DNA of 64,000 nucleotides. Origin: Vicugna vicugna. Lineage: Eukaryota. The stretch's first letter is position 1; each line of letters opens with the position of its first letter. The notes under the pieces are model-generated. The model searched no databases and was not told the origin of the DNA. It worked only from the letters and a program-made list of their open reading frames with translations. This document shows, in pieces, positions 50,131-64,000 of this stretch. The translations under genes were made by a program, and so were the position numbers. The stretch is from the NCBI GenBank assembly GCA_013265495.1, contig MU057487.1, forward strand, positions 248,001 through 312,000. Reading direction: 5' to 3'.

Positions 50131-52802
50131 TAACATTGTGGGAATGGGCTTTACCCTTCTCAGCACACGCCCCTCATTCTCCTATAATTATAGCGTAGGA
50201 AAACTGTCTCCCATGGTGTTTCCTGGGATAGTAGTAAGAACTAAAAAGATACCAAACTCCCATGAACGGTGCCCAATTGTAGTTTTTGGACTTACATAAT
50301 TATTTGTCCTCATATTCTGAGTTTATGTTTATTTGCCCAAGGTTTTATACTACCCTTATGTGACTAGTTATTATTTTCCAAGCCTAATAGACTAATCCAA
50401 TATGAGTCATTAGAAAAAAAATCGCTGTCTCCTAAATTGGACTTGAAAGCTTAATCAATCTTGTCTTGAACAGGTGCCTCTTTGTCATAGCGTGCCCATT
50501 TTTACACATGCAAAGCTTACTTTTGAATGTTGAATTAATGCATTTGTCTCCCTTAGTATATCAGAAACTTAGATTTTAAATTTCAGGGTATCTTAGATAC
50601 AAAGAAAAAGTAAATAATTGAAATAATTATTATTTTTCCTACTTCATATGTTAAAATTACCATTCTCTCACTCCCTACAAGAATTATCTTGTTTTATGAG
50701 CAATAGCACTGATGACCTCTTGGATTTGAATTTTGGTTTCTATTTTATTTTTCTAACACACAATGACTTTGCTCATTAGAATTTTAAGTTAGACCAATTA
50801 TAAAAACCAGTAGATATCAGGTTTAAAATGGCTTTTAAAAGTGAAATAGATTCTACCTTAGGTTAAAAACTTTGATTTATACAGAATCTTACAGACATGA
50901 ATTCTCAAATAATTTCTTATATAAAGATTTCCTTTACACTTCTCATCTTACCCTATACTGATTGTTGGATAAAATGTGACTTTTGAGTTATCTACTTTTA
51001 ACTCCCTCATTGGGTTTGTAAAGAAACTGAGACCCAGGTTATAAATTAATGTCCAGGACAATTTATGTGCATATACTGGCACATGGGTACTGCTACATTT
51101 GTATTTCTTAATATCAAATTATTAAAAAAAGTCACAGGTATGACTTCATGTTCTTTTAATAGTTACAGACTATTCAGTTACTGGTGTGAAGTCTGATTAT
51201 AGAAATTAAGAAGCATTGTTACTGAACTGGTGATATGATTCTTATTAATGAAAACAGATGTTTTAACTTTAAGGGGACTAGAATTTTTAGGACAAAAAAT
51301 GAAAGTTATGTAGGATTATACATTATAATTTCGGGGGGAAAAATCCTTCTTGTTGCAATATTGTGACTTCTAATAACTGACTCCTATTTCTGAATCTTGA
51401 TTTTGCATAGTGAACTGCAAACGTCTTTTTCAACAAAATATCATATTACTTTTTGAAGACACAAATTTAAGTTCAGATGTTAACTCCTTACATTTTTATG
51501 TTTAATGTTAATTTCCTATATTTTGTTGTTTAATATAGTTTCCTCCAGTGCTTAGATGGACCATCTTGAAAGCACAGGTTAAAAATGTGTTAATTATCAA
51601 CATCAGAGAGAGTTCTCTAAAAAGGAATCGCAAAATCTATATTGAATGTGATTTATTTAATTATTTAATAATTCTCCCTCAAATGAGGTAGGTGACTGAT
51701 TGTAAATATTAGAAAAGTAGATTCCCCCTTCAAGAAGAAGTAATACTTCATCATTTTTACAAGGTACTTTTATTTTCCATATTTTATAATATCATTATAT
51801 TTTGGGGGTGAAGAGTGTATTTTCCAGTTGCATCATTTGGCTAAAAATAATTTCTAATAGTGGGTTGCTTTCTGACAACTAGAGTTGTGTTTGGGAAAAT
51901 TAATTGGACTTGTGTTTGCCAATTTTTTTGAGGAAGGGCTGATATCAAAATTTTACCCTTGTGTTAGTTTGGATTACTTTGTTCCCTTTTTGTCTTCTGT
52001 CTGGTGTTGTATGGCAGAGATAATGTCTCCATATCATTACAGTAGTTGATTGCAGACTAGATTGTGTTCATAGAACAGCATCAGAGCTAACTCTGGTGTC
52101 TATTTTATTACCAAGAAATGATGCCATTCACCTTGCCATACATATATATATCTTATTTCTTCTCAAAGAGAATTTGCTTCCTCTCTTATTAGGTATAATA
52201 TCTGTGGAAACTAAATCGCTTTTATTTTCTACTATCCACAAAGAAATATTACAGAATCTTTTGTATAAGCTCCAACTGAAAATTCATTTTTCCTGAGGCT
52301 CTGCCCTCCTTCTTCTCAGGGACCCACAGTGTACCGGCCTGCAGGCACTTTCTTGCATCATTTAGTAATTTTCCTGCCTTCACACTGATGGGGTCACCTA
52401 CTGGTGACAGTTCACTGTCAAAAAGCAGCTACAACTACATATCAGTGTTGGCTCTGCCACCTGGGCACTATTCAGGAAGGAAACCAGTTTGTCTGGATAT
52501 TAGCAATTTGGAGTTTAGAAATTCTGGGACCTCCAGTGACCTTCACCTCTCCTTTTCAGTTTAGCCATTCTCTAATTTATCATCACAATTTCTTTGATTA
52601 GAAGTTAGCCTAGTATAGTTAACATCAAAAGTACTAAGTGACTAGACTAGTGTACCTTCTTCCTATGGTTAATATTTATTGACTTTAAATCCATAGATGG
52701 AGCATGGAGATGGAGATGGAGATGGATGCTCCTATTCTTTTAAAAGTTTTATATGCCTTTATTATTTCATTTTATATTGAAGTTAAGCTTGGAGATGTTC
52801 TC

Positions 52803-52952
52803 TTCTTTTTATTTTTTTTGTGGGGGGAGGTAATTAGGTTTTATTTATTTATTTGTTTGTTTGTTTGTTTGTTAATGGATGTACTGGGGATTGAACCCAG
52901 GACTTCATACATGCTAAGCATGCATTCTACCACTGAGCTATATCCTCCCCCC
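52803..52952 (-). mobile_element. tRNA-derived SINE (camelid Vic-1-like) in the GRM1 intron
   Basis: gtactggggattgaacccaggacttcatacatgctaagcatgcattctaccactgagctatatcctccccc with T-rich tail; TSD degenerate. Confidence 0.88.
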
Positions 52953-55199
52953 TTGTTTTCTGTTTTTGTTTTAACCACTAGGATTCAGTTATTATTTTAT
53001 ATTCTTTTACATATTTTTTAGCCTTCTACCACATCATTTGTACCATACCTGTCCTCTTACCATGACAACTGTCAGTTTACCTAACATGAAAAGAGGATCA
53101 GTGCATATGAAGTTACCTGCAATAGGTTCTCCAGAAAATTTTCAGAGAGGAGTATTGAAATAGGATCTGTCAAAGGATGGGTACTGAAGCAAATCAGCCT
53201 TGCCCACAAATAAAAAAATTGAGTGCACTTTGGAGGAAGCTGCTCACCTGGAATGTGTCTTTAAATATGCTAATCATAGAATATAAAAATAGCCTACTTC
53301 TGTGAAGAATATCTCGGCCAAGGACATTGTATTCCATCCTCTGATAAAATGCAGATTCCCCATCAAAAACCAAATTTATCATTTCAAAAAATTATAGAAA
53401 CAATGCTTAAAAATAATTCTAGTTGATTAAGGTCAAAGCATTGGACAACTCCAATAAAGAATATTCTTTGAGCTTATAGCTTTAAAAAGTTACTTTTTGG
53501 GATTGAATACATTTTCCATTGTTTTAAGACTTTCTTTCTTAGTATTTTGTCTTATAACATCAGATGAGTATTGCTATGCTGAGGGGTTAGTAATGCTGCT
53601 ATACCCTTTTGTTTACAGTTATGTTTTCATTTGTGGTGCAGGTGTTTTTTGACATTTGCTACATGTTATATGAATTTGGCCTTCTTTGGCTTCTTTTCAA
53701 AATCTGATCTTTTTATTTTTAGAAGTTTTGTTCTATTTGATATATAACAGTGAAAAAGTCTAATGGCATCAGAGTTAAATCCCACTAAATCATAAGAATG
53801 CTAGTTCATATTACTTTAGCTAATGCAATTACATGTAAGAATTTTATTTCTACTAAATATCATATTCCCTATATGCACCAGCATTTTCCTTATACTTTTC
53901 TTATCTTGATTCTAATCTATTTCACAGTAAGTTACCTTAATAAATGTCTATTTTATCACAAAATAAGGAATGAGAATGTCTTGAAAGGTTGTTTAGGCCA
54001 ACCAATTAAAGATACTTAAAATACTGCTATTACATCTTTGACAAGAAGTGGTTCCCATATGCCCTAAATTCCCTAACTATGCTTAGGATTTCTAATGATA
54101 GTGGGAAAATATAGAACTTAAATTCAGAGGCAGAATTTTACTTATTAGTCAGTTTTCTATATAATGACCTGACTTTCTGAAATTTCCATTGACTACTGGG
54201 AGTCTTCCAAACAATTAAAATTTCTCTTCCATGTGATACTTGTTATCAATGTGATATCTCACCAATTTTTTCACCCATGTATTCTAGTTTTAATTTCCTC
54301 GTTATCATAGATAACTCAAGTAGATCTTAGATAAGTTATTATCCAAAAGTCTTTCTAAAAATATGCACTGCTACTAGGTCACATCTCCTTCCTTCTAGTA
54401 TTGAGCAGTTTTTAATGTTGTTATTATTATTATTCAAGGAATAAGACTTTGTTTTATTTTTTCCTTTTAAATGTAAAACTATTAGCTTAAAAGTCTGCTT
54501 TATCAATAAGGTCTGGGATTTTGATTATTTAATTCATCTTAGCATCCCAGCTTTGTCCTCAAGAGTTAATTATGTATGTTAAAATTGAGTAAGAGAGGGT
54601 CAAGTGTAAATTTCCACAGCCCATCACCAGGAAACTACTACCCTGGTGGTCACTCAGCCTGGTAGGAATTACCTTGACAGTAAGTTTTTCACTCCATACT
54701 GTTCCACTTTATAAAGAAATGAATAAATAGTTTAAAAGTCATCAAAGCATGTATACAACTCTAATGAAAAATTTACTATACAAAAAACTGTATATAAGAA
54801 ATTTGAAGACTTGGTGTCCGTTATGAAATTCTTTATGTTCTAAAAGGGATGACAGTTTGAAAACATGCAAAATAAGTAAAAATAAATTATGATAGTATAG
54901 ACATTTAGAAACATGAGTTTATGTGTGTCTAGAGAACAGTGAAAGAAAGTGTTAGTGAAGGTAATTAGCTAGAAAAAAGCTGGAGACAGGGAATTTTGAT
55001 TAGCTTTTTTAATATGGTGTTTGTAAAAGATAGAAGCAGTAGTAAGAACGTCCCCATTGGGGATAAAATAAGCTGATTTGCTTGGCTGGAGTGAAGAGTG
55101 TGGGCCAGGAACTAATAATAAAGATGGTAACTCAAATGTGGGTTCTTACATTCTGTGATTTCATGACTCTATCAATATGAAGGACAAGTAATTGAGAAT

Positions 55200-57127
55200 T
55201 TTTTTTTGAAGTACAATTCTGGTTTACAATGTTGTGTTAATTTCTGGTGTACAGCATAATGATTCAGTTATATATATATATACACACACACATATATACA
55301 TATATTCCTTTTATATTCTTTTTCTTTATAGGCTACTAAAAGATATTGACTATAGTTTCCTGTGCTATACAGTAGGAACTTGCTAATTATCTGTTTTGTA
55401 TATAGTAGTTAGAATCTGCTAATCCCAAACTCCCAATTTATCCCTTCACCTCCCCCCACCTCCCCCTGGTAATCATAGTTAATGTCCTATGTCTGTGAAT
55501 CTGTTTCTGTTTTGTAAGTAAGTTTTTTTGTGTCATTTTTTTAGATTCCACATATAAATGATATCCTATGATATATTTTTTTCTTTTTCTGGCTTAGTTC
55601 TCTTAGTATGACAGTCTCCAAGCCCATCCATGTTGCTGCAAATTGGATTATTTTATTCTTTTTATGGCTGAGTAGTATTTCATTGTGTGTGTGTGTATGT
55701 ATATATATATATATGTGTATGTGTGTATATATATATATCTTCTTTAGCCATTCATCTGTCGATGGGCATTTAATGTTTTGGCTATAGTAAATAGTGCTGC
55801 TATGAAAATCGGGGTGCCTGTATCTTTTTGAATTAGAGTTTCCTCTGGATATATGCTTAGGAGTGGAATGCTGGATCCTATGGTAAGTCTTGTTTTAGTT
55901 TTTTAAGGAAACTCCATACTGTTTTCCATAATAGCTGCACTAAACTATATTCCCACCAATAGTGTAGGAGAGTTCCTTTTTCTCCACACTCTCTCTAGCA
56001 TTTATCATTTGTGGACTTTTTAATGATGGCCATTCTGACTGGTGTGAGGTGATACCTCATTGTAGTTTTGATTTGCATTTTTCTGATAGCTAGCGATATT
56101 GATCATTTTTTTTCATGTGCCTATTGGCCATTTGTATGTCTTGACTGGAAAAATGTTTGTTTAGGTCTTCTTCTCATTTTTTGATTGGGTTTTTTTTTTG
56201 TTGTTATTGTTGTTATTTAGTTGTATGAGCTGCTTGTATATTCTGGAAATTAAACCTTTGTCAGTCATATTGTTTGCAAATATTTTCTCCTATTCTGTAG
56301 GGTTTTTTTGTTCTGTTTATAGTTTCCTTTGCTGTGCAAAATCTTACAAGTTTAATTAGGTCCCATTTGTTTATTTTTGCTTTTATTTCTATTGCCTTGG
56401 TAGACTGCCCTAGGAGAATACTGCTAAGATTTATGTCAGAAAATGTTTTGCCTGTGTTTTCTTCTAGGTTTGTAGTGTTTTGACTTATGTTTAAGTCTTT
56501 AAGCCATTTTGAGTTTATTTTTGTGTATGGTGTGAGGAAGTGTTGTAACTTCATTGATTTACATGTGGCTGTCCAACTTTCCCAACAACACTTGCTGAAG
56601 AAGCTGTCCTCTCCATTGTATGTTGTTGCCTCCTTTGTTGAAGATTAATTGACTGTAGTTGTGTGGGTTTATTTCTGGGCTCTCTGTTCTGTTCCAGTGA
56701 TCCATATGCCTGTTTTTGTGCCAGTATCACATTGTTTTCATTACTGTAGCTCTGCAGGATTGTCTAAAGTCTGGGAGGGTAATGCCTCCAGCTTTGTCCT
56801 TTTTCTTCAGTGTTGCTTTGGCAATTCTGGGTCTTTTGTGATTCCATATAAGTTTTAGGATTATTTGTTCTAGTTCTGTGAAAAATGTCCTCAATAATTG
56901 ATGGGGATTCTATTAAATCTGTAGATTGCGTTGGGTAGTATGGCCACTTAAACAATATTAATTCTTCCAATCCAAGAGCATGGGATATCTTTCCATTTCT
57001 TTAAATCATCTATAATTTCCTTAATGAATGTTTTGTAGTTCTCTGCATATAGGCCTTTCATCTCCTTGTCCAGGTTCATCTATAATATTTTATTTTTTTG
57101 GATGTGATTTTAAAAGGGACTATTTTT
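55200..57127 (-). mobile_element. 5'-truncated L1 (~1.9 kb) with TSD, antisense in the GRM1 intron
   Basis: ORF2 fragments (LTPYTKINSKWLKDLN, KINKWDLIKL). AAGTAAT[T/G]GAGAAT at 55186-55199 and 57128-57141. Confidence 0.92.
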
Positions 57128-60100
57128 AAGTAATGGAGAATCTTGAAGCATAAGCTGAAGAGTTTTGGTTTCAAGAAAGATATGTCAAAGCAGAGTTTTA
57201 TGTGATGCAAAAATAATTTTTAAAAAAGTAGATTCTTACTGAAATGTGTAGGGGAGATTCATTGGATGGGTAGGGAGAAAATTAGTCATAAAAAGTTAGT
57301 TATTGTAGAATTCTATGCTGTTAAAATAATGTAGACAAAGAGGAGTCAAAGTTACCTTTAGTTTTGCAATCCTGAAAGTTCAGGAAAATTTTGGTGTGAT
57401 TAACGGACCTGTAATAAGTAGATTTCAAAACCACAATACTTAAAGTTAAAAAACATGAACTTAGATTTAGTATGTTCAATTTGATGTGAACTTTGGCTAA
57501 GAGCACATATATTACTAGCAAGAGTGGATGTGTAGACAAAAGAAAATCCAGGGACAGTCATAAGTTACCCTGTTCACAATTTTAAAAGGTGTTCAGATCC
57601 AAGTAAACCTTGTTTATCCAGAATCCTGATTCTCTAGTTCACTAACCTGGGTAATAAAGAGTGATTTCTTTGAACTCCAACCTTTTGCTTTTTAAGCATG
57701 TTACAAGGTGATCTTTGAAAACTATATTATATAATTCCCTGACATCTTTTAAAGAGAGTGCTGAATTTAATATGAACTTTTCTTAATACACAAACTAATC
57801 ATCATGAATATCAACTATTACATGTACTGGAATACAATAGTAATCTTGAAGCCTGTTGAAAAATATAAAGTAAAAAATGGCCCCAGAATGCCATACTTTT
57901 GAGTTTCCGTCTTTGCTATTTTTTTTCTATATTGACTAAACTTATTATACTATTTTCCAAGTTATTTAATCAGTATTTAGTTAATAGCTACTATGTACAA
58001 AAGATAAAGGTGAAGTACAAAGATAAAAAAAAAGCTTGAATAGAAATAGAAATAGAAAGCTTGAATTCTTCTTGATTCTTCTGCCATACTATCAGTCACC
58101 CTGTGACTTCATTTGCTTTGAAACAAATTTTATAAGTAACTTACTGTGTAGGGTAGATGGTGATGGAAACTTCTACTTTATGTTTCTATCATATGGCTTG
58201 GCACTTACCAGTCCTCTTCAAGCACTAAAATTTTTCTTCTAGTGACCTATGGAGTTAATATGCAATGACTGTTTTATGGATTTTCAATAACTTTCTGGAT
58301 AGTGGCTGGAGCAGTGTCATCATAAAGAGATTTATCAGAAGCCATATTTTCATCATGCTCTGTAGTAAGACCACAGAGGGCTGGGAAACCATAGCTGAGG
58401 ACAGAATAGTTTAGTAAGCACCTATAACCACTGAAAACACAGGTTAGTGCATGCTGTTCTGATAGATTAGAAGCAGCATCTCAGTATGAGAAGATTATGA
58501 GTTATCAGAGAAGCTGTGGTTGAAAACCAGAGTCAGGCTGAGACATAAAATCTTGGCTAAATGATGTGGCTATTTTCCCCATTGAAGAGCTATCATTAGA
58601 TTCTAAATTTATGTAAAAATATTTACGTAATTTATGTGTGCAATTTCTACTTATTTTTCATGCTTAACTGTCTTCTATAAATGTCTACAATATTTTAAAC
58701 CTTAATGTACATGAAACTGTATAATTTTAATTTTCTTCAATCTCATGGGAAGTTTTGTTTTCTTAAACTCAAGGCACTGTGGTACTAAATATAGCATTAA
58801 TGTTTTCATGGAGAGTATTGGCTCAAACAAAAACTTGGTGATCAGAAATTCTCATTTATCAATTTTGGAGTCATCTATTTTAGTCACTTCATGGCTAATA
58901 AATTGAAGATTCAAGGCAGTTATCTAAATGATTCATATAAAAGTCTTAATTGGCAATTGAAGCACAAGATTTTGGGGAGCAGTTTTTTGCTTGCCAAGTA
59001 ACTTATTTTTCTTTCTAATGAAGACATGACCATTTATTCATTGATGAACACAGGCATCTACTATGTGTCAGACATTGGTCTTGGTGCTAGGAACACATAA
59101 ATTAAAAGAATAATAACTATTATTTTATTTCATCATTGTCATTATAATTGTCTTCAAAGGTCTCTTAGTGTTTTAAGAGGCACAGAAATATATAGGCAGC
59201 CAAGGTTCATGGGTGACAGAGAGTACATTAATCACTTAAAAAACTAATGCACAAAAGGCTATGGGAAATAATATACATTCATCTTGGTTTTATTTATAAA
59301 ATGGGAATGATAATCACTACCATATTATTTATGTCACAGCAGTGTTTCAGAGAACAAGGAGATGGTATGTATAACTAGCTTTTTCCTGCTTTTATTCAAC
59401 TGCCCCCAGTTAGTCCTTCTTAGCTTATGAAAGTTGAGCAAGTACATGAAATCAGTTAATCAGGTGAAGATTTTTGACCCTAAAACTTGATAACATAAGA
59501 TAAAAATGCAGTTCACGGGTAAGATAAAAATGCAGCATGTACTATAGATTTCAGGAAATTTCTTATGTTATAAGTGAGAAAACAAAGGCCCAGGGAAATA
59601 AAATGACTTGCCTAAGACCACAAAATTCAGTAGTAACAAAGCCAAGACTACTTCAACTTTGTGTTAGATACTTTCTTAAACCAAGTATTGTTTTTAAATG
59701 CATGAGCTGCCCTCATGCATTCCTCTCTCCTGTGAGGTTTATGTCAGCCAGCCCAGCTATATTCTTACCGACTTTGCTGCAGTCATTCAGCAGCTTCTAG
59801 GAGTCTCTGCTGTCACTCATTCTCACTGCTGTGGGTCTATGTCAACTCTTGCCATGCTCTTGGGTGGTTCCAACATTCATAGGTCATTTTTCTCAACTCT
59901 GCATCCTTCACTTTTACTTCAGCAATCCACCCACTCTGTCCACAATCTAACACCTCAAGCTCAGCAAGCACTCTTCTAGCTCTGAACTCTCAAACACCAG
60001 AAAACCCCTGAACAATAGAAGCCTCTTCTCTTTAACGTCTCTTGCTTCCTACTCACTTCTTCTCCACATTGCCCTGGAAAGTCTGGTTCAAACAATTTTC

Positions 60101-60994
60101 TTATTTGATCTGATTTCTCCCTTGGATTTGAGCAACTGTACCTCTATATTTGTGCTTATTGCCAACTCATAATAAAGCTCCTTTCTCAAAGAAAATGAAC
60201 TTCCAGTTTAAAGTGTCTACTGCATATGAAACTAGCTGAGGAAATTATAAATGGTCATTCCCCTTTTCATTCAGAAAAGGGGACATTTTATGCCCTTCAG
60301 TGCAGAAAAATAAAGAGTAGGAAGGAATACCCCCCTTTTTCTTTAATGAAAGAAGGAAGCATTCCCTCCCTATGAGGACTGTGGTCAAGAGTGGGAGATC
60401 ACATTTGCTCAGACAGCTCTGTGGTACCATCTCTATAACAAGTAACCAGGGATGATGTGTAGTGAATAAGGATGAGAAAATTTAAAAAAGGATGGCTTTG
60501 TTTGGATTCCAGGGGTCAGGGATAGGATTGACCCAAAGGTTTCATGGAATCAGCTATGCTTAGAGAGCCATCAGGATAAAATGTTAAGAAACTGTCCCTT
60601 AAGTTTATTGTGCAGATGAAATGAGACAGTGCTGTGTATAGAGCTCAATAAATGTCAGATCTCATTACTGTTATCAGGCCATTCTAACCTTAAATCAGAA
60701 GTTGTCTTTAGTCTAGGTGAGCCTACATGAAGTCAGTACAGGACTGTTCTGGGGTGAGGGTGTGCAAATAAAGAGAGAAGAGGTATATCTTGCTGATTTG
60801 CTAACCTTGAGCAGCACATTTGGCTTCTCATTCTCTTCCTGCATAACAACTGCATCCATAGCATGTGGCCCTAAATGCAAGCCCTTTGGTTGTATAGCTT
60901 ATTCTGCAATTATTGCTGGATACACTGAGACAGTTCCCTTTTCTCTGTGGTACTCTAACATTTTTTACAATTTGTATATATCAGATCTCTATCT

Positions 60995-62760
60995 TAATAA
61001 ATAAATGTTTAGTGAGCACCTTCTCTGGGCCAGGCCCTCTGCGATAGTTACTGAGGACCAGAGATAGTTAAACAATAGATAACCCTTCAATCAAGAACTT
61101 TCCCATAGAATGATTACCATTCAGTTTGATAAGTACAACCATAGGAGTAGGTTTGAATTAGGTAACAGAGAGAAGTGTGACTAGCCTTCTCTGGGCCAGA
61201 AAAATAAGTGATGAAAACCTCATGGAAGCCTCCCAAAGGAGGTGACTTTTGGAGTTTACTACATTAGAGGAATAAGAGAAGGACACAGAGAAGTGAGTGT
61301 GAATGAAAATATTGATGTAGAAAACAAAGTATGCTCAGGGAAGTCTAAATATATCACTAATTCAGGAATATATGTTCAAGGAAAGGAGTGGGGAAGGTTC
61401 AAACAGAAAATGGATGAAAGGGCTAGGTCACGAAGTGACAGACTTACTTGTCAAGTCAAGGAATTCAGATTCTATTTTGCAAGTGTGGTAAGCCAGTGAA
61501 AGACTTTAAACAGGGAGGAAACATGATCAGATTTATATATTGGAAAGGACATCCTGAAAACTTTGGAAAGGACATGCTAGGAAAAGGAGTCAGATTAGAA
61601 GTTAAGACACAAGGTGGCCATTGATAGTTGGGGGAGTGGTGGAGAAAACTTAATTTATTTAATTAGTTTATTCAAGAGATGATGAGAGCTTTATGAAAGG
61701 AAGTGTCAAAGGGAATGGAAAGGAGAGAATGGATTTGATAGCCATTTAGTAGGGAGATTAGGATTGAGGATCCTAATTATGAGGATCCAAGAGAATGTCT
61801 AGAATGACTCCCAGGTTTCCATTTTATGTAACTATCTGGGAATAAAAGAGGAAGCACAGACTGGGAAAACATGAGTTTTAGACTGGTTGAGTATGAGGTA
61901 TCTACAGGACAATAAAGTTGAGAGATACCATAGGCCAACGATCTGAAAAGAGAGGTTGATCTGAGATTTGTCAGCAAATAGCTGTGGGTAATACCACAGG
62001 AGTAGATGAGATTGCCAAAGGAGAGGATATAGAGTGAAAGAGGAGAGTTAAGGGCACAACCTTGAAGAAGGTGAAATGAGGAAGAGGATCTGGAAAAGGG
62101 ATGGAGAAGGAATAATTAGAAAGCTAGGAGGAGAAAGAGGAAGAATCAGGAAAGGACCAGACATCACAGAAGCCAAGGGAGGAGGAAGTTTCAAGACGAG
62201 AACTATGACAAATGTCACAGAGTTTCAGGGGAGGGAGGGTTACGGAAATGTGCTCTGTACTAGTCTCCACTTCCTCTGAGGTTTTGCCCTTAAAGAATCT
62301 CTTAAATTCTGAACCTATCAGAAGGGCAGAGGCCAAGACGAAGTGGAGGCTTCGGGTATACAACATTGTTCCCAGAGACTGAGAAGGGAGAGTGAGAGAT
62401 AGGATGGTACCTAGACAGAAATGCGCTTCCAAGTGAAAACATTCTCTAGGATGAGAAAGACTTAAGCTATTTTAAAGGATGACGGTAAAGAGTGGTAGTA
62501 AAGGAAAATCTGAAGATAAATGATGAGGCAAAGTTGCTGAGAAGGCAAGAAGAAATCATGACTGGGCCACACATGAATGGGAGAAGGCTTTCCTCTGGGT
62601 GGTGATGCTATTATGTTTGGGGAACAAGAGAAAAGAAGGTTTGAAAATAACATTTGGTAGACTTTGTTTTCTCAATTATTTAACGAGATGGGTGGAAAGG
62701 GAAAGGGAGTAGGTCAAGTATAAATAGAGCCAATTTTCAGAGGACTCGAATGATATTGGA
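60995..62760 (-). mobile_element. L2 remnant
   Basis: Begins aataaataaatgtttagtgagcaccttctctgggccaggc (L2 3' end, reverse); body has agaatgactcccaggtttc and gagtttagactggttgagtatgaggt-like motifs. Confidence 0.65.
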
Positions 62761-63130
62761 AGCCATGTATTTCTAGTAGCGTCAGTTCATACTGTTTTGA
62801 TATTCTCTCCAGTAGTGTACAGCCCGCAGATACAAGGGAGGAGTCTCAGCCTTCATAGCAGTTCATTAACTTGGCCACCTGCTGGCCTGATGTCCAAAAC
62901 TCCACAATATTTCTCTGGCTAATTGCATAGGATATCAGGTGCTCAGCAGAGATCATAGCCTAGAATTATCCTTTATCCAGCTCTTGTCACAAGACCAGAT
63001 GAAGGAATTGTTATTTAAGAATATCGTCTAAGAGATCACTATCAACCAATTTGCATACGTTAGGCTTCCAGAACACTACATACCGGACTCTGTTTACTCT
63101 TCCTGAAAAATTTCTTTTTCTAAAGCGCAC

Positions 63131-64000
63131 TTTTTAAATTGAAGTATAATTAATTTATAATGTATTATTTTCTGGTACAGCATACTATGTACAGCATAAT
63201 GATTCAGTTGTACATATATACATATATTCCTTTTCATATTCTTTTTCATTATAGGCTATTACAAGGTATTAAAAATAGTTCCCTGTGCTATAGAGTAGGA
63301 CCTTGCTGATTATCTATTTTACATGTAGTGGTTAGTATGTGCAAATCCCAAACTCCCAATTTATCCCTCCCTACCTTCTTTCCCCTCTGGCAACCATAAG
63401 TTTGTTTTCTATGTCTGCAAGTCTGTTCCTGTTTTGTACATAAGTTCATGTCATTTTTTTTTAGATCCAAATATAAATAATATCATGTGGTGTTTTTCTT
63501 TCTTTTTCTGGCTTACTTCACTTAGTATGACAATCTCCAGGCCCATCTGTGTTGCTGCAAATAGCATTATTTTATTATTTTTATGGCTGAGTAGTATTCC
63601 ATTGTGTATATATTCCACGTCTCCTTTATCCAATCATCTGTTGATGGACATTTAGGTTGCTTCCATGTCTTGGCTATAGTAGATAGTGCTTCTATAAAGA
63701 TTGGGGTACATGTTATCTTTTCAAATTAGAGTTTCCTCTGAACATCTGCGAAGGAGTGGGATTGCTGGATCCTATGGGAAGTCTATTTTTAGATTTTAAG
63801 GAAACTCCATACTGTTTTCCATAATTGCTGCACCAGAATACATTCCCACCAACAGTATAGGAGGGTTCCATTTTCTCCACACCCTCTCGAGCATTTATTA
63901 TTTGTGGATTTTTAAATGATGACCATTTTGACCAATGCAAGTTGATACCTCATTGTAGTTTTGATTTGCATTTCTCTGATAATTAGCAATATTGAACATT
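63131..64000 (-). mobile_element. L1 3' part, antisense in the GRM1 intron, runs off the window end
   Basis: Same 3'UTR as the 55200 element; ORF2 C-terminal fragments (MLFAATQMGLEIVILSEVSQ). Confidence 0.92.

Noticed and set aside
59496..59535. 16-bp direct repeat TAAGATAAAAATGCAG (similar short pairs near 7097 and at 29629/29689)
   Set aside because: Only two copies each, consistent with slippage duplications; not an array or CRISPR-like structure.

Overview
Mammalian genomic DNA, most likely camelid, judged from four tRNA-derived Vic-1-like SINEs. The window holds the head-to-head 5' ends of two genes. SHPRH (minus strand) has a CpG-island promoter at ~11.6-12.6 kb and three coding exons at 4611-5249, 2214-2343 and 112-330, the last ending in a GC splice donor. 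GRM1/mGluR1 (plus strand) has a promoter and non-coding first exon(s) at ~47.4-48.5 kb and a first coding exon with CDS 49339-50038, followed by a long intron. The ~35 kb between the genes and the introns are mostly old L1, L2, MIR, MER and MaLR repeats plus a few younger L1s and SINEs with target-site duplications, and there is one 62-N assembly gap. The sequence alone does not demonstrate a new biological system. The best leads are a candidate poison exon in SHPRH intron 3, a possible divergent transcript from the SHPRH promoter that could splice into GRM1, and a dense GRM1 regulatory cassette (Z-DNA tract, G4, RE1/NRSE, X-box, alternative splice sites, uORFs). Repeat family names and most repeat boundaries are by-eye estimates.
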